A stretch of DNA of 64,000 bases from Ignavibacteriota bacterium. GTDB taxonomy: Bacteria > Bacteroidota > Ignavibacteria > UBA10030. Shown here one piece after another: positions 30,391 through 39,596 of the stretch (its first letter is position 1; the number at the start of each line of letters is the position of its first letter). Below the pieces are notes generated by a model. The model was not told the DNA's origin and ran no database searches. It saw only the letters and a program-made list of their open reading frames with translations. The stretch covers positions 1-64,000 of the forward strand of contig CAVSHO010000009.1 in NCBI GenBank assembly GCA_963727825.1, read 5' to 3'. A program made the translations under genes and the position numbers.

Positions 30391-32439
30391 ATGCATAACT
30401 TTTTGAAGAAATATTTACACTTCTGTCCTAAAACGGGAAGATTCCTTGGTGTTGGAAAACTTAATGGTTTATCGCGATTATTATTTCCAATTATTGGTAT
30501 AGCTGCTATGGTTTGGATACTTATTAGGGTAATTCCAAAACCCAGCCGGTTATCATACCCATGCGTGAGAACAGCGATGCCTATTGCTTCCGGATTCATT
30601 GGTTATTTGGCAATGCTTGCATTATCGAGTGTTGCTTTCTTCAGGTCAAAAAAATCTCTTCGGTACTATCCGGTATTTTTTCTCGCTGCGTTCGTCGTGT
30701 TCGGAATCAGCGGATCATATTTAGCGAATCAAACGACCGGACAACCGACTGTAGATAATGTCGTCATTGCTAATCAGCCGATGGGTGTGGCAAAAGGAAT
30801 TTTCCCGGGAAGAGTTGTCTGGGTGCATGATTCCAATGCCGTCAATCAGAATTGGGTGGTACCAAACACATTTAGCGCAAGCACAGGTTGGTATGTGCGT
30901 GAGAACATGAATCAAACTGTAGTCGATAAAATGCTTTCTTCTGCCTTGCAAAGTGTGACAGGCCAGACAACTGACAGTGCAGCATGGGTTGCGATATTTA
31001 AATTTTACAATACGACAAAAGGAAAAGGCGCAGTCCCGTATAAAAAAGGCGAAAAAGTATTTATTAAAATAAACGCCACAAGTGCTTACAGCTTTACTCC
31101 GGATAGTTTAAAACCCACTGCATATACCTCTGAAACTTCGATGGCATCTGTTCTTTCAGTTCTCCGTCAACTTGTTTATGTCGTTGGAGTACCGGACAGT
31201 AATATTTATATCGGCGATCCGTTGAAACACATTTACAAGCATCTTTATGTTGCATGGCATGGAGAATTTCCAAATGCCCATTATCTTGATAACAGCGGCT
31301 TTACAAATCTGGGAAGAGAATTAGCAGTTGCGAGCACGACCGCACTCATTCATTATTCCGACAATGGTACGGTTTTAAGGTCAAAAGCCATGTATTCCAA
31401 CCAAACAGCTGGAGCAGTGCCTGTTTATCAAAATTATCTTTATAAAGTTTTTGAGACAGTAGATTATGTATTGAATATTCCTCAATTGAAAGGTCATCAG
31501 CGGGCCGGATTGACATTGTTTGCTAAAAACCATCTTGGATCTCAAGTCCCTGACGCGGATGGTAATGCCGGTTATCTTCATATGGGCTTGGTGCGACCAT
31601 ATGGAGTAGAAACCCCGGATACTTCCACATTGAGGAGGTTTAACTACGGTATGTATCGATCCCAGGTTGATCTTATGATGCATAATTTATTAAGCGGCAA
31701 AAACCTCATATATATTCTTGATGCTTTATGGGGAACAGATTGGGAACTTGATGTCCCTTTAAAATGGAAAATGCAGCCATTTAATAATCAATATTCGTCA
31801 TCTCTCTTTGTATCGCTTGATCCGGTGGCAATAGAATCGGTTGGTTATGATTTTCTAAGAAGTGAATTCACCGTCGAAAGCAAACGAGATCCTTCCGTTC
31901 AAATGCCGGCAGTTGATGATTATTTGCATCAAGCCGCAGATTCAGCCAATTGGCCCAAAGGAATTAAATATGATCCGAATGGCACCGGTCAATATGTTGC
32001 TAGCCTCGGAACTCATGAACACTGGAATAATGCAACTGATAAAAAATATTCAAGAAATCTTGATCCTGTCAATGGAACTGGCATTGAGTTGATAGAGATA
32101 GAAAATATAGCCACCAGTGTTGCGACTCGTGAGAATGGTCCGGAGTATTTCCAAATTTACCAGAACTATCCCAATCCATTTAATCCTAGCACAACAATTG
32201 CATATAATTTGCCTGAGAATTCTTCTGTGGAAATCAAAATTTTTGATATACGGGGACGTGAAATAAAATCATTCATTATTGGCGCACAATCTGCAGGGTA
32301 TCAGCGAGTTGTGTGGAATGGTACAAATAATATTGGAAATTCAATAGCAAGCGGATTTTATGTCTACAGAGTGAAAGCATCTTCATTAGTAGATGGAAAG
32401 ACTTTCGTTAAATCTGCAAAGATGCTACTACTGAAATAG
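30391..32439 (+). CDS. DUF362-domain protein with T9SS C-terminal sorting domain
   Basis: LIRVIPKPSRLSYPC, KGIFPGRVVWVHD, VFIKIN, NIPQLKGH..GLTLFAKNHLGS, DPVAIESVG and QNYPNPFNP. Confidence 0.8.
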   Translation: MHNFLKKYLHFCPKTGRFLGVGKLNGLSRLLFPIIGIAAMVWILIRVIPKPSRLSYPCVRTAMPIASGFIGYLAMLALSSVAFFRSKKSLRYYPVFFLAAFVVFGISGSYLANQTTGQPTVDNVVIANQPMGVAKGIFPGRVVWVHDSNAVNQNWVVPNTFSASTGWYVRENMNQTVVDKMLSSALQSVTGQTTDSAAWVAIFKFYNTTKGKGAVPYKKGEKVFIKINATSAYSFTPDSLKPTAYTSETSMASVLSVLRQLVYVVGVPDSNIYIGDPLKHIYKHLYVAWHGEFPNAHYLDNSGFTNLGRELAVASTTALIHYSDNGTVLRSKAMYSNQTAGAVPVYQNYLYKVFETVDYVLNIPQLKGHQRAGLTLFAKNHLGSQVPDADGNAGYLHMGLVRPYGVETPDTSTLRRFNYGMYRSQVDLMMHNLLSGKNLIYILDALWGTDWELDVPLKWKMQPFNNQYSSSLFVSLDPVAIESVGYDFLRSEFTVESKRDPSVQMPAVDDYLHQAADSANWPKGIKYDPNGTGQYVASLGTHEHWNNATDKKYSRNLDPVNGTGIELIEIENIATSVATRENGPEYFQIYQNYPNPFNPSTTIAYNLPENSSVEIKIFDIRGREIKSFIIGAQSAGYQRVVWNGTNNIGNSIASGFYVYRVKASSLVDGKTFVKSAKMLLLK

Positions 32440-32487
32440 GTTATCTAAAACGTTTTTAGCTGCGACATCTGAAAAATTCTTTTTCAT

Positions 32488-32526
32488 TATGATTCTTCTC
32501 CTGATACTATCGGGAGAAGAATCATA
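32488..32526 (+). terminator. Hairpin / probable intrinsic terminator
   Basis: TATGATTCTTCTCCTGATA pairs with TATCGGGAGAAGAATCATA and is followed by a T-rich tract. Confidence 0.7.
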
Positions 32527-32610
32527 GTTGTTTTTCTCTTTGAGTTGTCTACAGTTTGAATTCTACATAAAAATCTTTTCCAAAATTTTATCAAAATAGA
32601 GCATGATCAA

Positions 32611-34222
32611 ATGCGAAAGATAACTATCCTCATAGCTTGTTTTTGTTTTACAATCTTGCACGGCCAGACGTCCAATGTGACCATTCAAACTGTTTCCAAT
32701 TACAACCAATGGGGATGGGATACAACAATCGTTATGCAGAACGGCCTAATTACTATGGCGACGGTGCCGGCAATCGGCGGCCGGGTAATGCAGTATGATC
32801 TCAACGGAGTTCCGTCTCTCTTTGTGAATTCTGCAGAATTAGGCAACACGTATACACCCGCCAATGATTTCAATTTGCGGAATTTCGGTGGATTCAAAAA
32901 TTGGCCTTCTCCTCAGGATGCCTGGAATTGGCCTCCGCCTCCCACACTGGATTATGGCAGGTATGCGGTAACCGATTTTCGACAGTGGAGTGACTCAGTG
33001 AGCCTTACTATTATCAGCCCGATTGAACAGTGGCGCGCTCCGAATATTCAGTTTCAGCGGACCGCAACGATATTTAAAGGTTCCACTTGTGTGCGAATGG
33101 AACAAACTATCATCAACACAGGTACTTCTGTGGCAAATTGGGGAGAGTGGGATATATCGCAGTCGATTGTCCAGCACAATGGAAAAACGGATTATCAAAA
33201 TTTCTGGTCGTACTTTCCGCTTAATCCGAATAGCGTGTACGGTAGCACCGGTGTAAGTCCGCAGGGGCCTAGCGCAGCATGGAAAGGAGAGATCTCTCCT
33301 GGAATCTACGGTGTCCAGTATTACCCGGATGGGCAGAAAATCTATGCGGATCCGTCTGTAGGCTGGCTTGTTTATGCTAATCTTTTAGATTCTATTATTT
33401 CAGTTCGTACATTTCCTGTCTTCGATACCTTGCAATATCCTGACGGTGGCGCTCGTATATCCGTGTGGGTCAATCCCCCAAATCCCGCTTATATGGAAGT
33501 TGAGGTAAAAGGGCCGGTTGTTTCACTTGCGGCAAATGGAGGGAGATATACATTTACAGAAAATTGGTGGGCTGCAAAAGTCAGGGCTCCGATTCTGGAT
33601 GTAGATTCGGTCGGCGCAATCGCCAATAGATTATCCTACAATTCAGCAACGCATTGTTTGTCTGCAATCTATGGTGTATTCTATCAAGGCACAGCAAAGG
33701 TAGCTTTTATTGATGCGCAAGGTCAGCTTTTAAAGGAAGGGCAACCGCATACGGTGTCGCCGCTCATGGAATTTCAGCTTCAGGATACAGTTTCCATCCC
33801 GGATAGTGCGAAGACGATCGAAATCCGAATTTACAATACGAAAGATGAATTGATTGGCGTTCTTGAAAAAAAAAGATATCCCCGCCCTTTTAACTGGAAT
33901 TAAAAATATAACCTCAGCACTGCCTTCGGAATTTTGCCTCGAACCGAATTATCCTAATCCGTTTAATCCTAGCACAACGATTGCATATTCATTACCCGAA
34001 AAATCTTCTGTTGAAGTAATGATTTACGATTTACTCGGACGTGAAATAAAGTCGTTCAAGTTTAATGCTCAATCGGCAGGTTATCAGAGAGTTGCATGGA
34101 ATGGAACAAATAATTGGGGAAATATCGTTTCTTCCGGAATTTACATATACAGGGTAACAGCATCTTCATTGGAAAATGGAAATGTCCTTAATAAATCGGC
34201 GAAGATGATATTGCTAAAGTAA
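32611..34222 (+). CDS. DUF4380-like (galactose-mutarotase-like) secreted protein with T9SS CTD (frameshift in A9 run at 33866-33874)
   Basis: Signal peptide, VPAIGGRVMQY, FGGFKNWPSPQ and YMEVEV. The CTD PNYPNPFNP is in the second frame. Confidence 0.7.
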
Positions 34223-34329
34223 TAAACTTCGCTTGAGTGCCGAGCGCTGAAAGCTGATAACAATTATTGGTTAGTTGAATGGATTAGGATTGTTCCGAGT
34301 AAGCTTAGAGTACAGAAATATCTGTCATA

Positions 34330-34509
34330 TCCTTCAATACTCATAATCTGTCGTTACACAATACACTCATTACGCCCCTGTACGGAGATCCATAGAAAGG
34401 ACCTCCGATCGGGACGAAAAGAATTCAATTAGAAATACTATTTCATGAGAACCAATTTCTTAGTGTCAGAAAAATTTCCAGCTTGCAGCCGATAGAAATA
34501 CACGCCGCT
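34330..34509 (-). repeat. ~180-bp repeat covering a CTD gene end and its 3' UTR (second copy at 53763-53941)
   Basis: Near-identical sequence spanning the YFYRLQ.G.FSDTKKLVLMK codons, the stop codon and about 108 bp downstream. Confidence 0.9.
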
Positions 34510-36294
34510 GCCAAGGTTCTGTGCGTTCAACACAACGGAGTACTGACCAGGGCCCTGCGTTGTATTCACCAGCGTTTGAACTTCTCTGCCTAAGATATCG
34601 AACACCTTGAGCGATACGATCGATGTTTTCGGTATGTTGTACTGGATGGTGGTCGACGGATTAAATGGATTCGGGAAGTTTTGTTCCAATTGATAATGAG
34701 ACGGTAATACGGCAGCCGATGTTTCCACGCCAGTTATTTGCTTACCCATTACAAATTGTGCTAACCATTGGAACGCAGGTCTATATGTACCATCACTATT
34801 AACCAGGTAGGCAGTGGTTACCCATGTTGGAGGTATATATCCCCACAGGGTTATTCCTTTTATTGCCGGATGTCTCCACAGTGGAGGAAAATACTTTTCG
34901 TATTGTTGTAATTGATAGTTATCATCGGGGGTTCCAAAGTCGCTATTATTCCCCATGTCAAATTCAGAAATATATACCGGCAATCCGGTCGCACCAAGCC
35001 TGTCGAGATTATGAATGAGCAGAGTGGTGTCAAAAGGCTGCAACTGACCACTGTGTCCCTGGTCGGCAATACCATCGATGACGCCTCTATCTTTTAATAA
35101 ATTTATTATTTGCAGATATGTGGTCGTGGCTCCAGTATCATTGATAATGTTGTAATCGTTTATCAATAATTTTGCGGTAGCAGGCATGTATTTCCTTGCT
35201 AATTTAAAAGCATTTATTACCCAGTCCCAGCCTGTTGTGCCAGAACCACCTAGAGCTTTAATGTAATTTGCATGACCGTTTTGTCCGTCCGGTGGAGTAT
35301 GTCCGGCAAGAGGTTCATTCACTACATCTACCATGTCAATTTTTGGATATCGTTGTCCTACCATCATAAACCATGTTTGGATCCAATTATATTGTGATGC
35401 TGAGTCAAGACTGGATATCCAGGAAGGCTGCTGAGATCCCCAGATTAAATTATGATGTTTATACACCAGGTGATTGGCGATTGCATAATTATATTGCGCA
35501 TCCAGTACTTTCCAGTTCCATTGCGATGTGTCAGCGGCTGAGCCTGCAACGGATCCCCACTTACCGGCGTTTCCTGGAGTCAGCTGGGTCCAATAGTTAA
35601 TAAAAGTATTTTCGGGAGGCTCGTTAGGTACATTCCCTAAAAATTTATACTGCCCTGCTGCAAGCGCCGGGCCTTTCCATATCTTACTAGAATCCACTGG
35701 ACCCGTAATCACTTCAGTAATTTGCAAATTATCGATATAGATGCTGCGTCCAGTATTTGCTGCATAGCTAAATTGAAAAGTCGCTCTGATTAATGTGTCG
35801 TTGGGAGTAAATTGCATTGTGATGTTGTACCAATTTGTGCTCGAAATAGGGAAGAGTTTTGAATTATATATTATGGCATTATTATTCAAGTCATCTACAC
35901 CTACATTGACTTGCGCACCTCTTTGGCTGGCTTTGACCCAAACAGAATAATTATACGTTGTGCCTGGCTTAACAGGGACCTTCGCTTGAACAGCCTGGAT
36001 GTCCCAAGCAGTCGCATCGGTACCATTGACGGTAACTTCCAAAGCCCGGAGTCCTTCTTCCACATTGAGAGAATCGCTCACAATTTCAAACACGGCCGGC
36101 GGATTAATCCCTGATCCAGATTGAAACCACCATCCGTTAGTTACTGAAACGACGCCCGTGTCAGAACTCTCGAAGCCTCCGTTTGTAACAAGCTGGGCAA
36201 AGACATCTGCGGTAAATCCTACCAGCAGCACCGGCAGTATCACAAACCAACCGGCTATTCCAAGTTTTAATGAATTATTCATGTGATCCTCCAA
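34438..36294 (-). CDS. Endo-1,4-beta-xylanase GH10 with CBM4/22-like module and T9SS CTD
   Basis: NGGFES CBM start, TPGNAGKW, HNLIWGSQQP, acid/base DVVNEP, INDYN, nucleophile YISEFD and GITLWGY. Confidence 0.9.
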   Translation of the reverse strand: MEDHMNNSLKLGIAGWFVILPVLLVGFTADVFAQLVTNGGFESSDTGVVSVTNGWWFQSGSGINPPAVFEIVSDSLNVEEGLRALEVTVNGTDATAWDIQAVQAKVPVKPGTTYNYSVWVKASQRGAQVNVGVDDLNNNAIIYNSKLFPISSTNWYNITMQFTPNDTLIRATFQFSYAANTGRSIYIDNLQITEVITGPVDSSKIWKGPALAAGQYKFLGNVPNEPPENTFINYWTQLTPGNAGKWGSVAGSAADTSQWNWKVLDAQYNYAIANHLVYKHHNLIWGSQQPSWISSLDSASQYNWIQTWFMMVGQRYPKIDMVDVVNEPLAGHTPPDGQNGHANYIKALGGSGTTGWDWVINAFKLARKYMPATAKLLINDYNIINDTGATTTYLQIINLLKDRGVIDGIADQGHSGQLQPFDTTLLIHNLDRLGATGLPVYISEFDMGNNSDFGTPDDNYQLQQYEKYFPPLWRHPAIKGITLWGYIPPTWVTTAYLVNSDGTYRPAFQWLAQFVMGKQITGVETSAAVLPSHYQLEQNFPNPFNPSTTIQYNIPKTSIVSLKVFDILGREVQTLVNTTQGPGQYSVVLNAQNLGSGVYFYRLQAGNFSDTKKLVLMK

Positions 36295-36557
36295 AATTAT
36301 AGACTATATTTATTTTAAACCTTCCTTTGAGCAATGTCAACTCTTACCAGCATATAATTGTTCAACAGACACACTGTGGTTATATGTTGTATATGCTCGA
36401 TATATTTCTTCGTACGACTGTTTCTTTCTCACTTACAATTGAGCACCTCATTTACAGTGCCTGAAAGAAAGATATAATCGGCCCAGATACCTACAGCCCG
36501 AGATCTTTCACCGAACTGAAATCGAACTTCGCATAATCCCAAATTATGCATTAGCTT

Positions 36558-36645
36558 GTAGAGTCCCCGCCTGCGTCGGGCAGGCGATCACCAGATCGGA
36601 AAATGATGTTAACATTGTTTCATCCAGTCGGTGACTGGATTCTAC
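36558..36645. repeat. Inverted GTAG-REP doublet (REPIN-like) with a 19-bp insertion
   Basis: GTAGAGTC[insert]CGATCACCAGATCGGA ... TCCAGTCGGTGACTGGATTCTAC. Confidence 0.65.
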
Positions 36646-36655
36646 ACCAATTCGG

Positions 36656-36847
36656 TTATCGTTCACCTTTCCCATATTCTATCATTTCAATAATATATGC
36701 CCCTCTTTTATTTCTAATGAATGGTTTGGGATAATTATAGCGCTTATATTTCAATGAATCCATTACAGCAGTCGGAATAATTTCGAAACAAAGGATGGAA
36801 ACTGAAAGCAAGAACACCTTCAGATAAAGAATTTTATTTTTGTTCAT
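36656..36847 (-). pseudogene. N-terminal remnant of a paralog of the 39597-41942 membrane protein
   Basis: MNKNKILYLKVFLLSVSILCFEII resembles MNNAKGVNLNILVVSAVVICFEII, then diverges. It sits in the same position after a foldase gene. Confidence 0.6.
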
Positions 36848-36975
36848 TTTTCGAAATATTGGCCCGATAAGGTTAAGCTTAAAAAACCGATTGGGAAGAT
36901 TGAGAGAACATTAGAAGCATAAACCAGCGTTTCATCATCTCCAATAAATCGCAAGAAAGCTGACCATTCCATATA

Positions 36976-38752
36976 TTAATGCTGCTTGATTCCGATAGAC
37001 GCAAGATTCTGATTTAGAACATCCTTATAGACTATTACGGAATATTTTATCTTAAGCCGCTCTCCAACAGATTGAGTGATTTTATTTCTGTAATAATCCG
37101 TAAAATCATCTGCAATGGTTTTTTTTGCCTCATCATACGTTAATTGTTTCTCTTCTCTTGTTACTATACATTTGATGAGCGCGTATTGAACTCCTTTTGC
37201 CGTATCGTAATATTCGATCGGCCCGGCAGTTTCGTTTAATTTTAATTTAAAAGCGGCTTCACTCAAATAAGGCGGTTCATCTCCTCCTAAATATGTCCTT
37301 AGAATACCGTCGCGGCCTCGAATGTAAGTTTTTACCAATATTGTTGGGGCGAGATTTTCAAATCTAATATTCTGCTCAAGCTTATGTTTCGCTTCATTGA
37401 TAACGGTTTTGCTCGAATCTATAATTGCATAAATATTTACTTTTGCCAATTGATAATATAACGAATCTCTATTAGCCTCATAAAATTCTTTCAGCGTTTT
37501 CTCGGTGACTGCAGGAATTCGTTCTTCAATTTCATGGCGATTATAGAGCTTAATAATTCTAGATCTTAAAACAGGATTCGTTGTTTCAGGATTAAGGACA
37601 TTTTTCTCAAGATTCAATTTGTAGGCTTTGTTTACAATCATATCGGTTCGCAAAGCTTCCAGGATATAATCTTTTACATCTTTTTCAGTCACTGCCATTT
37701 TCTTTCCCCACATCAAAATGTCATCCAGCAGGCGAAGATATTCTTTAAGATCGACTTTCCCTTTAGAATACTTCAGAATAAGAAAATTATTCCCCTGGGA
37801 AATTGCATGGCGCAAAGTATCCGAATAATAGCTTAGATAGAAACCAGGAATATTCGACCATCGTGCAATCTGTTGTAATGCTTTTTTATTCCAGTTTAAT
37901 GTTTTTTCATCAATGGGATTTTTCTTGGCTTGTTCAAACTGCCGCAGGCTGAAATCCCCGTAGTCGTTCATCAAGAGTTTTTCGAATATCTTCCTTTACT
38001 TTTTCAAACGGAGGTATATCTGCTTTAATAATGTTAACGACTTTGGTAATACGGATCGAGCCCTTATACTCTATTATTCGTTCCTCATTAACCGGAAGAT
38101 GAAAAATCGTGTAATATATATGGCTCATGAGACTTGCTCTCCAATTCAGAGGCTGCATCAAATCGCCCGGACGCGTTGAATCGATCTCATGGGAGTATTG
38201 TCTTGCTAATTCATCGAAATCTGCGCCATTGTGCAATTTTGTCATAATACTATTTGCAAGGGATTTCAATGAATCCAAATGTTTTCGCGATGCATTTTGC
38301 AGTTTTAGAAGAACAATTTGCTTATAGACGACTTCCTTACCCATTTCCCTATATGCATTTTTTATGGAGTCTTCGTTGACATATCTATCATAAAATTTGG
38401 TATTGTAATATCGAATAACCAATTCTTCACTAATTGGGCGTTTAATGCTCTGTATTAATTCTGCGTTTTCATTTAATCCCAAGGTAAAAAAATCAATCAA
38501 TTTTAACTGGTTAACAATCTTATCATCCAGGGCTTCATAAAAATTCTTTGCCGGGTCATTCACATGCCTGTACGCATAAAAGTTATCGCGCCAATATTCC
38601 TGTAACTCGGTAAAACTAATTGTATGGCTACCTGCCATTTTAACTATAATATTCTGCTGAGATGTGTCTTGCGCATCGCACTGAACAAAGACTATAACAG
38701 CCATAAGCATCTGAAGAGAAAGAATTGAAAAGCGCTGCAATCTCCGTGTCAT
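36976..38752 (-). CDS. SurA/PrsA-like peptidyl-prolyl isomerase (foldase), copy 2 (frameshift near 37950)
   Basis: Signal peptide, GADFDELARQYS, LKEFYEANRDSLY, AAFKLKLNETAGPIEY and QLTYDEAK. Paralog of 41945-43715. Confidence 0.8.
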
Positions 38753-38832
38753 AAGTAGAAATCCATAATTATTAATTTCAATGAAATAGATTCGGCTTTA
38801 ATGGAGGTGAAATGTACAAAAACAATTATAAA

Positions 38833-38869
38833 CATAAAACCCTGATAAATTATTATCAGGATTTTTATG
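38833..38869. terminator. Hairpin after the T9SS remnant
   Basis: CATAAAACCCTGATAA pairs with TTATCAGGATTTTTATG. Confidence 0.6.
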
Positions 38870-38897
38870 AAAAACTTAAATAAGATATAACTGCATC

Positions 38898-39470
38898 TTA
38901 TTTCACAAGTGTTTTCTTCTTCATCTGTGTAAAGTCGCCGCCGGTCAATCTATAGAAATACACTCCAGAGGCCAATCTTGTCGCATCGAATTGGACCTTG
39001 TATGAACCCACTGCAGTGAATCCATTTACCAACGTCGCAATTTCTTGTTCAAGAATATCAAATACTTTCAAGCTGACATTTGAGGATTCGGCGAGAGAGA
39101 AGGAGATTGTCGTGGTCGGGTTAAACGGATTCGTGTAAATTTGGTTGAGGCTGAATTCACTAAGTACCACATTATGTGTTCGCTCTACGGCAGGAAGATC
39201 TGAACCGTTATCCAAAGCCTTTTGAATTGCCGCATATTCAGCAGTTCTTTTTGCAAGCCACGCAACTTTTTGAGTCGGGAACCAGTTCAAATTACCAACA
39301 GGGAAACCATTTTCACCATCTGTCAATAATGTTGCATTAGTGTATGAAAGGTCAACCGGAATTGGCAAGTCAAATAGACATAGTTGGCTGCGCCGGTATT
39401 GTCTAAACGCCAATCCGGTAATACAGCTGTACCGGAAGTATCAACTATGGAAACAGAACATTTCTATAAA
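38898..39470 (-). pseudogene. 3' remnant of a T9SS-sorted TBDR-partner paralog
   Basis: IVDTSGTAVLPDWR..(frameshift)..LPIPVDLSYTNATLLTDGENGFPVGNLNWFPTQ aligns to the 43938 protein. The CTD is degenerate (QIYTNPFNP) and the 5' part is missing. Confidence 0.8.
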
Positions 39471-39596
39471 GCTGCACTGTAAGCAGATCTTTGGAACTCT
39501 TAAATTGGGGATTATTATTTTTTGGAAAGCTCATTTAATGAAAGACGATCTTTATCGGCAAAAATATGCTTGATTATACCTTTGGATATTTTCATA

